Source of the DNA: Blasia pusilla
Lineage: Eukaryota
Reading direction: 5' to 3'
DNA length: 64,000 nt
Assembly: GCA_050084515.1 (NCBI GenBank)
Contig: CM114271.1
Location: 18,042,001 to 18,106,000, forward strand
Shown: positions 26,701 through 40,406 of the stretch, piece by piece
How positions within the stretch are numbered: the first letter of the stretch is position 1
Layout: the number at the start of each line of letters is the position of its first letter
Notes under the pieces: generated by a model
Seen by the model: only the letters and a program-made list of their open reading frames with translations
Told to the model about the DNA's origin: nothing
Database searches by the model: none
Made by a program: the position numbers and the translations under genes

Positions 26701-27900
26701 GATGAGAGGAGCAATGAGGGAGGAGGGAGTGGAGGTGGAGGGAGGAAGAAATGGGGGAGTATGGAACACGAAGGCAAGTAAGGGGAATGAGAAAGAAGGG
26801 AAAGGTGGGGCCCATATGGACATAAGTCCACATATGCGGACTTTGTCCACATGCAACCTTGCTATGCCATGAAGGGCTACTAAACATATGAGGACTCACC
26901 AAATGTTTGGATAAATGATAGTTTAGGTCTTCTTCAACCACATTAGGCTTCTTGAGCTTGTCTAGATCTTGTTTCAATATGAATGTTTGTGAAGTTGAGC
27001 ATATAGAGATTGGTTGGCATAACTATAACATGAACAAACGATATGGCTTTTATAGTGCAAAGGGATAGAATAATTTCCTAGATCTTGCCTTCATATAATC
27101 AAGAAAGAAATTGCTTCAGAAAAGAAACCTTGAAGATAGGCAAATAAGAATGGGAAATGCCTTTTTCTATTGTTAAAATCTTGTTCAAGGACTTTCCTAG
27201 AGAATTAGTTAGGAAGCTTTCTCTATAGTTAGCTTCCGGCCTAATTGATATACAACCATTGTCAAATATGTCTGAGGATTTCCTTCTACGAGTTGGTAAG
27301 CTATATGTGACATCTTAGAATACATATATTTTTGTGTGGTAAGGATCATAGATAATACAATGAGTGATCTAATCTTTAGCTAGGCAAGATAACTAAGCCT
27401 GCAAAAGGATTAGGCAGCTCAAGAAGTGCCTAGTAAACTTTAAATAGCAGGTTTTTATTGAAATTTATGAGCATAACATTTTTGATACAATTATGATGCG
27501 GTCAATATTTTCAGTAGTACATGTGTTCATATTCCACTCAACTAAAGGGCTATCTAATATAGACATTGCAAGGAAGAAGCCTTTGTGAAATCCACTATAT
27601 TTGCTATGTATTCCAATACGCGAATAAACTATAGACAACAATTGCAAGTGTAATAGATTGGTAGATAGTATGTCCCTTATGGTGGCTAGTGTCATATATG
27701 AATTCCAATTGGTACGAGGCCTTACTATACTGCACAGATCATAAATATAAAATGCACCCGGACTCTCAATTATGAAGGGTACATGAAATATATTACACAA
27801 AGCATATGGTGGATATTTATTAGATTTTAAAATACACGTTTGTATATGCGGAGTGGGAAAGTTCATATTTGCATAATAACCACAACACTATAATTGACCT
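23800..27900 (-). mobile_element. Degenerate Helitron RepHel (HUH Rep + PIF1 helicase)
   Basis: Motifs in the expected order on the minus strand: YELQGSNSLHCH (Rep HUH, ~26260-26295); IPYHLPILLIWRAHMNI...FYLLKHALK (Rep motif 3, 25830-25930); GLPHSGKCF (Walker A, ~24950); VIVVGECSML (motif II, ~24730); CQLPRMC (motif III, ~24610); LAIGYKVMLTSNINL..ANGA (~24130-24200); IGYVMSAHKFLG and FALGMAYVMF (motifs V/VI, ~23860-23965). Heavily frameshifted. Confidence 0.85.
26570..26860 (-). repeat. Dispersed ~290-bp non-coding repeat (copy 1; copy 2 at 48230-48506 on +)
   Basis: Its reverse complement shares ccatatgggccccacct, a pyrimidine-rich tract, ccacctcttg, acttgtcc and tttgtgcaac.atgt with 48230-48506. 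Confidence 0.75.
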
Positions 27901-29210
27901 ACAAAGTTATGGCATAAACTCTTCCATTTGGAAAGTAGTTGATCAATAGTTGGCCAATGGTAGCTTACTGGTCTACAAAAAAGCTTGAGGAATGTAAATT
28001 TCCTTTCTCTTGCCTTTTCCCTACATGAAATAAGACGTCCATCTCGATATCGAGGTTGGAGTACTTGCAAACCATGGTTGGTTTGGATAGAGGTGGACTC
28101 TTGTGTTCTAGTTGGTGGTATTATAGCAATGGTGATGGGGGTAAGTATTGGCTTGATGTAATAGAGGTACAAAAATTCACAGCTAAGTGTTTATAAAAAT
28201 GTGCTTCTTTAGAAGTTTGATGTGTACATAGAAAATATGCATGTTTTGCCACTCTTGCAATATACGTTATAGTGATATTGAATTGTCATCAATCACATAG
28301 AAAGATGGAGATATGGAATGTATTTAAATGGTGGAAGGATTCTCTACAAGAATTTAGAGCTTGTGATATAGTGTACCTTGGTGTATTAAATTTAGATGTA
28401 ATCTAATTGGAGTAGATGCTATGAAATCAAGATGATAGTACATAAAGTTAACCTATAGATGCGCGTTACATCTCTATGTTTATTAATCAAGAAATGAGTT
28501 AAAATTCACTCCAGGAATCATAAACTATATAGGTGTTGCATGATATATTCTTACATGAGATTCCATTTTTTTTATCTGAAAAGCATATTATAAGAATCTC
28601 TAATAGGATTGATGCTAGTAAGGGTATGATCATACAAAGTCATGGATAAATAGTGGATGGTACTTTTTAGGAGCATTCAAAGTGCATAGTATGGTACACT
28701 ATAGAATTTCTTGATGTTACAAGGTCAAGAGTCTATTAAGGAGGAGTTATAGGAAATTACTGAGAGTAGGATAATGATTATATTGCACATTATTGAGGAG
28801 TTCTTGAGATTAGGATAATGCTTATATTCTTTCGTGTAAATGACAATGTCATAAATCACCAAGAGTAAACTCATAGATGGCTACTGGACTATAAATGGTG
28901 TATAAAGAGTGCACTACAATAGACTGAATGTCTGGTATACATGGTTTATACTTTAAGTATGAATATTCTCGTAACCAAAAATGTTACTAGTCTCTGTTTA
29001 AGAGTTCATTACATTGTGCAATTAGAACTAATATGGTAAAAGTCAGATGAGAAAACCAAAGAAGACATGCTAACAAAGATACACTATCTCACTTATATAT
29101 AAACTCCATTTGAATATACCTTAGAGGAAGAATATTTTGGTCATATCTCACCTCCCTTTTAGCTTGAAATGTGTGATAAGAGTTCAAGAAAAACCATAAT
29201 AAACCACAAC

Positions 29211-29312
<102 letters not shown>

Positions 29313-29371
29313 TTAGATGCTATAATGCTTTATAGATTCCATTATATAGAGAGAGAGAGAGAGAGAGAGAG

Positions 29372-32300
29372 TATGAATGAATGAATAGATTTATTGTCCA
29401 CGGGGACCCCACAGGGCCATGGGACTTAGTATTGAGACTTAACAACAAATTTGGAGAGAGACCAAGCCCCCGCGAGGGCCTAAGGGGTCCTCAGAGCCAG
29501 GTGAGTGTCCCTGGTCTTCACACAACTATGCAAGAATTTAGCAATCTGAGTCTGATTCTGCTTAGTCATGAACGGGAGGACCGTGGGAGTTCGGTGAACA
29601 AAGAGATTCGAGAAGTCAAGCCTAATGTGATCGTGAAAGGTGTAGTCGAAGAGGTAGTGATGTTCATCATCAACAAGCCCCAATTTGCAAAATCTACATA
29701 ATATGTCCTCCCTTTTCTTCTGTGAGAATTTTCCTTTCTCAATCTCTAGGTGAGTAGAGCCATCTGAATCTCGCTAATGTATGACGTAACTTAGTGGGAA
29801 TGGGGGCACAGATGTATGAGGCTTGCTGTATGGATCTGCAGTTGTTCATGAGGGTGTGGTAGCGCCTCATTCTTTCACCAATTTTGTGAGAGGAATTCCC
29901 CCCGCTTTCCCAGAGACGTTGGTGTCGGCCCCAGTTGATGGCAATGTAATTGTTGTGTAATTGTTCAGCAAGGTCATGGTGGATGGCCGTAGGCAGGTCA
30001 CCGATGGATATTCCCCATTTCATGAGCCACTCCCTGCAGTCATAGTACCAATTTTTAGCCCCACTACTTTTTGAAACCACGTAAGCCCTGGTGGATAGAT
30101 GATTGGGATCGTCCTCACATATATCCTCAAGGTGTTGGAGAAATGTGATCAGATTTTTAAGAGCATGGATCTCCATTGGTACCTCCCCAAACTCAGCCAG
30201 TAGAATGTCTTGGGGAGTGGTTTTCCTAATGCCTAGACTTTGACGCATGAAGAGTTTCTGGGGAGCCTCAAGGCCCTACGGCCAAGCCTTGGAGCTGGGG
30301 CCCCACATCTCACATGCATACAGTGTGGCTAGGATCACGAGAGCTTTGAAGAGATGGAGTTTTTGTGGAATATGCCAGAGTTCCATTCTTCTGCAATTGG
30401 ATTGTAGCAGGTGTAGACCCCTCAAGCCTGCATTGATCTTGTTGCGACTCCCATTGGCTCTCCATTGGTTGTTGGGTTTAAGTTGCACCCCTAGATATAT
30501 GTACTCATCCACAATCTCAATGATCTCCCTTCTCAATCCCTGGCTAAAGGTGAAAGTGTGTGACCGTTGCGCCATAGGGAGCTGTGATCCAAAGATGATT
30601 ATCTTCATTTTCAGCAAGTTGACTTCCATGCCTGATTTGTTGCAGAAGCTTGAAAGTGCATTCAGGTAAATTTGGAGCCCATATGCTGTTCTAGACATCA
30701 TAACTATATCATCTGCATACAGGAGCAGGGGGATGAGGCAGTGTGCTAGCTCTGGTGGATCTCCATTCACTCCAAAAAGCACCTCTTCAAGTTCGTCAAT
30801 GTAGAGCCCAAACAATGTAGGTGAGAGGGGGCATCCTTGTTTGACTTCGGTGTTGGAAGACAAAGTTTCAGATCTGCCCCTCTTAGTGGCAATCTGTGCA
30901 AACACCTGAGCATATAAGACCTTGATTGCTGTAAGTTGTTGTGGTGGGACACCCAACTCTTCAAGTCGTTTCCAAAGGAGCGCCCTTGGGATTGTGTCAA
31001 AGGCCTTCTTGAAGTCTACAAAATAGCAGAACAATTAACCGGGCTTGTGACCAATTCTCGACTTGGAAGTTTCTTCAATCAATACCTGGAGTGTGAGAAG
31101 GTGATCCAGGGTGCTATATGAGTGTCGAAAACTTGCTTGTCCTCTGGCTCGCACCTTCTTTTCTTCAGCCCAGTCGCTGATTTTCCTTTCCAGCAGTAGC
31201 TCATATAACTTGGCCATGAGGGACCTCACCATGATTGTTCTGTAGTTGGATGGTATCATTGGGTCTCCAGCCTTGAAGAGTGGGTCGATCGTATTCATTT
31301 GCCATTCTGGTGGGAAGCCTTGTTGAACTGCAGTATTGAACATTCAGGTGAGGGTTGGGCCAATTGCCTCACTTGCGAATTTGAACATTTGAGCCTGCCA
31401 CCCCAGGCCATCCTCTGGTTTGTTATGTAGCCTTTTGATTCCTGATGTGACATCGTCAATGGTGAAGAGGTCCGGTAGATCTTGAAGCCCATTCGCCTAG
31501 GGGTCGGTGGGAGCGACAGTGTTGGAGTAGTAAAGTTGGGTACCATATGTGGTCCAGATGTGTAGATCCTGGAGTGGAATGATGTTCTGTCTATTCTTGA
31601 GTATTCTCCAAAATTTGGCCGATTGGTATTTCATCTGTTCTGTGAACTCTATGATCTTGATGGCAATGTATTTGTGTTTCTTCCTACGTACCAATCGTTT
31701 GTAAGTTTTCTGCAACAATCGAGTGTGTGGAGAATGTGGATCCTCCTCAGCCGGTGATTCAGGTCCCTGCGGGCCTCTTTGCAGTCCTTGTCAAACCAGG
31801 GTTGGGAGAAGAACGTACAAGTAGATCTAATGTGTTTGCCTCGCAGGCAGTTGGAAAGGTAGGACTTTTTCTGCAACATTGATGAAGGATGTCGCTGAAC
31901 TCGATCGTGTTCACTTGTGGGTGAGCACTGTAAGAGTCTTGTTGATGAGTGTGATGAGTTCATCTTTCTTTTCTGAAGGAAAGTGTATCGACATTTGGTC
32001 GGCGGGGTTAATTTTTCTGCAGCCTGCGGGATGGTTTTGGAGACCATGATGTCAAAGTAAAGTGGTTCATGATCAGATTCTAGAACGGGTGTGATCGCAC
32101 ATTGGCAACCAGATGTGGTAGTTGATGTACTTCCCCAATCAGGTAGTTAACCCACGCTTCCGAGGTTTCTTTGTTGGAGTCGAGTGTCCAATGGAAGTGC
32201 GACCTCATTTGTGGGCTATATAGCCATGCCATTGGCGAGTACCAAACAATGTGTTGAGCAAAGTTGGAGAAATGTTTTCTCCATTGGCTGTTTTTTCCTT

Positions 32301-34686
32301 GTCCCGAGTTCTGAGTTGCATGCATGTGTGGGAAGAATACTTCTCGAGAGACCCATCACCGACCGAGTATCAATCCCTTCCATGTTGGTGTTGTTTGACA
32401 TGTAGATTGGAGCTTGAGTGTTGGCCGTTCTCCCGTTGAAATCTCCTACTAGGAGGATATTTCCCTTGTGCATGTGGTGCTCAATAGATGTAGAGAGAGC
32501 CTCATACGGGAATTCTCTTTTGAGCACAAGTGGGGTGAAGTAGCAAAGTAGCAAAGACAATGAGGAGATCTTTCGATAACCCCACTTCTTTGTTGACCTT
32601 GATCCACAGGAAGTGTTTCTCCTCATCAATGTCGGCTATGGAGACAAAAGGTTATAACCATGGTGCTACCAAGCATGCCAGACAACCGTGTCCTTTGCTT
32701 TTTTGTTTGTGAGTGGGTTGTGGGTAGCAAAAACCTGGAAGTCCTCTGTGTTGGGAATGCGGTTGGAATCATGTTTATGTGTTTCAGCAAAAAAGATAAG
32801 GTCCAGTTTTGTGCCCACATATGTAATGCCATTGCCTCTGGACCAGAATGGTCCTCCACAATTGTGAAAAAGTGCCTGAATGGATGGGTTGGTAATATCC
32901 TTCCCATCCTCCATTCCCTATACGGAGGTCTTGTCATGGAGGTTTGTCACCTCCAAGTCCTGGTTCCGAGTTGTAGAATTGCTAATTCCTGGTTGGAATC
33001 GAGTTTTGCTCATTGCCCCTCCTGTTTGTCGTGTTGGTCTTTGCATTTTTGTTTCTCCTAGGTACTGGTGTCGTGGCCTTTCCTTCCCCGAGTTCACTCC
33101 AAAGACCGTTGTTATGGGGCAGCGAGAACCTTCTCCCTTTCAATAGGGAGTGTTGCTCTTTGCTTGGTGATCAGATCTGGGAAGATACGGATAGCGATCC
33201 TTTCGGGACTTCTTTCTTTATCGGAGGATGGCCAACCTCATTTCCATCGCTGGTCCCCATTGTGAGGGATCAAATTGAACCAACATTGGTGCTGGTTGGT
33301 CCCTTGTTCCTTTCCCAAGTCTGATCCCTGTGAAGGTGACTGTTGGTGTGACCTCGAGAGTTGTGAAGACCTTCTCTTGCAAAAATGAATTACAGTCTTC
33401 TTCCTTGGAAAAGTGCAGGGTCATGATAACTAAATTGAATTATCTGGTTTTCCTATCTTGGATTTCTAGGACCCTATCTGCTTCCTCTTTTGCTACCTCT
33501 TTGGCTACTTGTGTTGCAACCTCCGTGATTTGTGTTGTGGTCGTGTGCTTGCCCACTACTTGATCCAGTTCTAACAGATTTGCAAGGTCATGTTCCTAGT
33601 TACACGGTACTCTTGCATTGCTTTCCCAAGCTGAGTGTTATCCTCTTTGAAGCAGCAGCTAAGTCCTTCTTCAATTGCATGTTTTCAGCCCTCAAAGCGA
33701 CTGCTCTAATTCTGAGTTGTCTTCGAGCCGTCCATTCGAGGAGGTTCGATTCCTGCTGGACATCCATATGCCTGCTCTTCTTTTCTTTGCCTGCATCATT
33801 GTATTCCATGCCAACATCTGGTTGAAAGCTTCCCATTTTCCTTCTAGTTCGAGAACCATCTGGTGATGGATGCTACTTCCAGATATGGTATAACCTCTGT
33901 TGAATGTGTGACAACTGCATGGAGTCGTTCCTTGTCACACTGCCTCATTTTTTTCCTGACATAGTGGCGAGATTTTGGTGCAATCAATCCCCGTGAGCCA
34001 TTTGATCTCACGGATCCTCCACTGTCCCAGCTCTTCGTTTGCTTGTGGGAAAGATCCTTGACACTGGTCGTGTCTTGGACCTCCTTCGGTGAGGTTTCTA
34101 ACGCTGGTTGTTTTGTGGTAGTCATGGGTGTAGTGTTCACTCGATGTACTGGTCTATGTGCTTAGGAAGTGGGAATGGGGAAAACAATTAGATAGGGTGT
34201 GCTTAACTCCAAAGAAACCATAGTCCCGTCTATGGAGTCAGAGGGAGGTCAGAGCTTGAGAATCGTCTCAACATCCCTGGCTTTTGCCCGTTCCATGGTT
34301 AGGCAGGATCGTCGATGGAGGTGCAGCCCAATTTTGCTGGGAGTTCCCGGTCCCTGAGTAGAGAGAAGGGTATGAAGTAGGGAGACTCTGAAAACGGGGT
34401 TGGAATTTGACAGAAAAGTTGGACCATCTCTAAGAAAACTCAAAGTTATGGAGAAGGAGACAAGTCGAGCATGGAAATCGATTTGAAATCTGAGTCAGTC
34501 CGTTCTTTCTTGTGGCAGACATGGTCGCCCAAGGATGTAGATACAGATTGTGCAAAAATATCCTGACCCATGAGCCCAAATGCAATTTTACCGACTGAAA
34601 TCTCACAAAACTGAGAAGAAGAGAGACAGGGAAACAGGTCGAACTAAAAAATTGTGTCAAAAACTTGTTCAATCTGTTTTTTCCTT

Positions 34687-34688
<2 letters not shown>
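29372..34688 (-). mobile_element. Near-full-length degenerate non-LTR retrotransposon (APE endonuclease + RT; RTE/RTEX-like)
   Basis: Endonuclease LIFFAETH (~32780) and ILLVGDFNGRT (~32440); QPWFDKDC linker. RT motifs: PLFKAGDP..NYRTI, FVDFKKAFDTIPR, VKQGCPLSPTLFGLYIDEL, LLYADD, YIYLGV (30276-31343). C-terminal LARFR and DDEHHYLF. AATAAA at 29390-29395 followed by a (TTCA)n tail. Fragmented ORF1-like frames at 33.0-34.1 kb. Confidence 0.9.

Positions 34689-34732
<44 letters not shown>
34689..34732. repeat. (GA)n microsatellite at the 5' side of the LINE; a second (GA)n lies at 29349-29370
   Basis: Directly visible. Confidence 0.95.
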
Positions 34733-34737
<5 letters not shown>

Positions 34738-37700
34738 CATTGAAGTGGTTATGAGGAGAGTAGCCAAGGAGAATTAGTCCCAAGTACAATGGGAGTATTT
34801 TTTGAGCGTTCTTCAATATGAGAGAATCACACATTCTAAATCCAAATAATGCGTTCTTCAATATGAGAGAATCACACATTCCAAATCAAAAGGGCTCCAC
34901 AATTGGTGCGACTAAGACAATCTAGAGCTTCTTCAAAACATGACCGCAAAGAGCGCCAAAACCACAAAAGTACACTGAATTGGACAATACTCCTCATAGC
35001 AAATGAAAATCTCTAGAATCACCACAACAAGTATACCACACTGCAACATAAAATAACAAGACACAAGAATTAAACTGACGGTGAATACAACCAGTGGATT
35101 GTGTCACATGGCAAGCCATAGGCCGTAGATATGAGAGAAGCCATGAATTGAAAATGGACAGGGAACTAATTTTTTTTTTAGTTGCGCAAGAATAGATGTC
35201 CAATGAATGAGCACCACTATTGCTATACTCGGCCCAAGTTTGAATGCAAGAGTGTTTGCTTAAAAAGTTTTTGAGCCGAACTAACTCGCATATAAAATCG
35301 CACAAATATACAACCTGCAGATTCTAAAGCGCACTGAAAACCTAAATAGTTTCGCATGAGGAAGCATTAGATCAACATGTTTACCAAGGGGATAGATCTG
35401 ACCTGGATAAAACATCCAATGGTTGGGAGCCCGCACGCAATGTGGACAGATGCATAGGTAAGGTCTACATCGAAGAAATTAAACAAGAGATATAGCCACT
35501 ACCTCCAAACAACCAAAACACAACATTTAAAATGAAAGCCACTTGTAAAGGCCATAAAAAATTCACACTCTTATTTTGGAACATAAATATCTCCCACCGA
35601 CCTTCTATTCCCTTTTGTATCTTTAATTTCCTAGCTTTCACCATCCCCCCCAACCAACCAAATCCCAACATACTAATTTTTTTGTAAAGTTTCATTTTGA
35701 ATAGAATTTAGAAAAAAATCCAAGAGAATGGGAAAATAAAGATTAATGAATAGGAGAAGAGAAAAAATTAAAACATTTCCCTATATTTTGAAAGGTTCCA
35801 TTTTCTTAATTTCTATCCTCTACTCAATCTAAAAAGTTTCAACAAAGAAAAGAAAGAATTCAAATTTTAACGGATAATATTAAATAAGAACGAGTTTCTT
35901 TTAATACTTTGAAATAAATTTAGAAAAGAACGTATGGAAATGGTTAATTTTTTATGGACTTTTTGAAATCACCAAAATTAAAGAGGAGGAGATTATGTTC
36001 CAATTGGAAAGGTGTTGAAAAGAACGAACCCCATCTTCTATTAATAAGAAATATAAGGGTCAATAGATTATATTAGATAAATTTTGTTACCCTCCCAAAA
36101 AAAAGAGAAGAAATAATCTCTTTATCTTTCAGAAAAAAATAGTTAATGGATATTATTGAATTTTTGGGGACAATGAATGAATAAAAAAAAGTATAGATCA
36201 ACTTTTTGGAAGGAAAGTAAAATTAAGAAATTCCCAAAATTAATGGGGAAGGAGGAAAATTTAGTAAGCTACAAGAAAATCCAAGAGAATTACTTCCTTT
36301 TCTTTGGCGTAAAATTCAAACATTTATAGAAGATTTGATGATACTAAATGGGAAAGGTTTTGACTTTGGAAAAGCTTGTGCTAAAGTATGAGAAGAAAGA
36401 AGGTTGACATTTTATGAAACTGAAAAAAAAAACACTAATGAGAAAAAACACATTGAACTTACTTCCACAACCAAGGAAAAAAATACATGACGGAGGTACA
36501 TGCTTTTCTAACCAAGGTTGACATTAATAAAGTAAAAAAATTACCACTTGGGAAATCATGAAAAAACCTTCTTAAAAGTAGTCATTATTTAGTGTCGTGC
36601 AATTCAATTTGGTATTATTGGGTGGATGGATTGAGCCAGGTTGTGATATGGAAGAAATGATAATCGGAAAATCGGATCATGGAAAGCAACCAATGTGCTT
36701 CCCCTCTTTGAAAGGAAATTTCTTGTGGGAAGAGCCTGCGGTGAATCGTTGGCGGAATCCACGTGGACATGCTATATGAAGAGGAAAAAAATAAGGAGTT
36801 GTATGGAGAGAGAGATCGTAGAAATTTGTGTGGGAAGAGATTGTGAGTGTTGAATTGTTAGTGGAATCCTTATGGATAGACTATATAAAGAGGAAAAAAA
36901 ATTGGAGTTTAGAGGGTCTCATGACATTTGGAGAAGAAAAAATTAGAATTTTTGGGAAGCTTTTCAAAGGAATTTATGCTAGAAGTTTTCCAAAAAAATT
37001 TCCTTTGTTTCATAAAATTTTGGCCAAAACTTTAGCTGAGTGGTTTATTTCAAAATATGATTTGAAAATACAAAAGAATATTTCCAAACATATTTAGATG
37101 ACCAATTGCCATGCCCCAACTTTACAAAGGATATTTCCAACAAAATCGTTCAATGAAAAATTGCCACACTGCCAGAATTAACATGAAAAAAGCTAATAGA
37201 GTGGACACTTACAAAACAAGAGAATAAGATAAAATATTACTACTTTTAAATGAACTAACGAATTGACAAACATGCCTTTCCATAATAAGGTGCAGCCGGG
37301 CGGGCGGGCCGGTCATGTGAAGAAAGCTGAAAGCTGCCCGATGAAGTTGGAAGTTAGAAGTTGGAAGCTTGAAGGCCATGTGCAACAAACAGCAGCCGTC
37401 GGCGCAGTCGCAAGAAGAAAGCGGCAGCCAACCCCAAGTCCCAAACTTCCCAAAGATGCCGAGGTCGGTCAGCGAAGCTCTGACAGGTCAACGGAGCAGG
37501 ATCGGAAAGTTTGCTTTGAACCGGAGGTCCCGAACGCCTGGCTTGACCGGGATCAGCAGATTTGATGTCAGGGTCGATCCATTTGCTCTTAAAGTCCGTA
37601 AAAAGTGCGTGCCCCACTTGAATTTGGTTCTTACCTCACTCCCACCTCATCATACCTCCCGGAGCTTTCGTGTCATCTCCTAGAGTGTGGGACCCGATGC

Positions 37701-40406
37701 GCCACCCTCTGCCCATGTGTGACAAAGAGGGTGTATTCTCGAACCGCAACTGCGACTGGAAACGAATGAGGGGCCTATCCACGTATTGACGAATGTTTTC
37801 TGCTCCGATTGTGGAAGTCGGTGGTTTCGAATCGATGCGTCGCCACGTTATTCGGTTGGGCAGAGAAGGCGTGAAGGATTGATTGTTCGGACCCGCGAGG
37901 AGATGAGCCCTGCTGGCAAGCAGGAGACTCTCGCTAGTTGGAGTGAGTGAACCAGGCGCACCGTTATGAGTCATCGCGCGGAGGGGAAAGGATTGACGAG
38001 TGTCCGGGAGCAAGGAAGGTGACAATCGAGATGGGACAAGATTCTCCCTCGCCTTCGTTGGCTTCGGGGAGAGACGGCCCTACTACTGTGTACGGGCCTT
38101 GGCCACCAATTCTCCTCAATCCCGATTTGACTTAAGTTCGCACACGTTGGAGTCCTTAACGCCCCGGTGCCGGCCGATGCAGAGTATCGACTACTACCGA
38201 GGACCCTACACATGACGAGAAACTAGGGTTTCAAGGTGCTCCGTCGTCCAGAACCGAGGAGTGCGGCCAGGCGAATCCAGAAGGCGGACGGAACCTGATC
38301 GTCCAAGCAATGACGAAGGAATCGATCACGGTGGGAGAGGGAGTTCTTGCGAAGTTTCTTGCGGCGCAAAGTTCGAATTGGGTGGCGGCAGAGACCGAAA
38401 CCTCTGACGAAGCGCTTACGTCGGCGAGTTCTACGGATTGTATCAACAGCAAACATCTGCAAATTACGCCGCAAAGCACGAACTTTCCGGAATTTCGTCC
38501 GTCAGGACTCCGGAGAAACCGCCCACTCGAGAGCTAAGGACGCAGATACCATCTCCTGCCAAAAGGCTGGTTTTACTTCATCGCGAGGCGGGAAAAACCC
38601 TTCCATCAGGAGATTTTGCTTCCTCTCGTTCTGAAGCTTTCACGCTACTTGGACCGGAGACTGCGAGATGGTGCTGTCTTGTACCTCAAATTTCGAAGGG
38701 AGTTTCTGTGCCATTGCAGTATGAAAGCCCACGTGTTGATGATAGCCGATGTTGCATATACTAGAACGAGCGTAGGTGGGTGCTAGTACTTTGGATAGGA
38801 TTCTCTAGGACCCTCCGTGCGATCGAGCCTGATCGACGAAAGTCACGGACCAGAAGTGACTGGAGTCTCGACTCTCGACACGGCCGTGCTATCCTGCCTA
38901 GGGTTTTGCGCGAAAGCCACCGTCAGCTCCATAATGATAAGCACGAGAGCGGGGACACTTGGCACCGTGAATAGATAGGCAGACGCCGGACGCCAACACA
39001 AGGGACACGCTCTTCGACCTTGTAGACGTCTACACAACGGCCGGCCCCGCTCACACCCTACCGGGCGTAAGGGAGAAACGAGATCCCGGACGCTTTACAC
39101 GCGGCTAGCTGCGGATGAGGCTAAATTCCGGAAGGATTCGTCGGAAACCACTTCAATTTTTAAATGGAAAGAGCCCACGCATGTGTTGTGTTGCACATCG
39201 AGAGAAAGGAAATCCATCGCGAGTCTGTGAGACGTGGAAAACGGGATTTCCAGGACGGTACGGATTTTAGTAACTCGAATTGTCCTCAAATTCCATGTCA
39301 GTACAATTTGAGATCCGTCAGCTTTTCCAGCAAACTCTGCCTCCAACGTCCTGGGCGCATTGGCAGGTTCACACCGAACGAATCCCATTTTCATAGTTTC
39401 TCCACAAAACAATTCGGGTTACAGTCACTCGTGAGAAGGGATGGAATTTGAAGCCCACGCATCCACGTTATGGTAAGCTCACATAAAGGAATATGGTAGA
39501 GTACCCGTAGTCAGTCGGTATGTTTCAAACTTACAGAACACAAAACACCGGCGAAATCTTTAACCTAAAGAGGAACACGCAATTGCGAACACCGATCACC
39601 TGAAAGATTTAGGGACATAACTGGAAAAATCGGCAGACGAACAAAATGGGAGTTGTCCCCTTGTGAAAGTAGTATTGCAAATAATCCGTGAAAGGGGTGA
39701 TACATGAGCTGGCCTAAAAGCGACAGCAGGGGCACACGTATATTGTGTGGGTACTCTGCTCCGCTCCACGAGTTGCGTTTTAGATTTTGTACATTAGATT
39801 CGAAACTACGCACCATCGAATTCTCCTGGGAAGATGTCTGGATGGCAACAGTTCTGTTGAACGAACAGAGCTGATTGAGAAGTAAACCAAGGATCGGTCT
39901 ATGAGTCAGCTTGTCTGCACTTGTGGGAATTGCATCTCAGATTGAAACGCAGAGAAGTCGACTTCAGGTATTTTACAGATCTACAAGACTCTAAGACTAA
40001 CAAAATTTAACCACTTTCTCCACAATAATAAGGGCAGACCAAGAGCTGATCTCTCTACGCCTCAAGTATATCACAGATCTATGACGCTGTACAAGTGCAA
40101 AAATCACCCCATCTTTCCAAGGTAGTGACCGTGCAAGAGATCATCTGGACCGCGACCGTCGTGTAAGTAGACATCATAAATGTCTGATGGAGTTCGATGA
40201 AGTAACACCCACCAAAGAATCATCAACATAACCAGATATTGCGATAGCTTCTTTCCGACTTGTCACATGTTGCCGGCGACGTGAATGACGAAGTAGAATA
40301 GCTGAGGTCTAGTTGAATACGTTTCTCCCCCGTAAGAGCGGACCACAAGTGTCTGGCTCGAAGGCAGCAGTTGTGATAGAAGCACGCAAACGAGAAGTTC
40401 CATCGG

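Noticed and set aside
34806-34880. 30-bp direct repeat gcgttcttcaatatgagagaatcacacatt (a similar 23-bp repeat lies at 1954-2003)
   Set aside because: Ordinary local slippage duplication with no further structure.
35460-37250. AT-rich block with short ORFs
   Set aside because: No termini or protein motifs were identified; the ORFs are consistent with chance.
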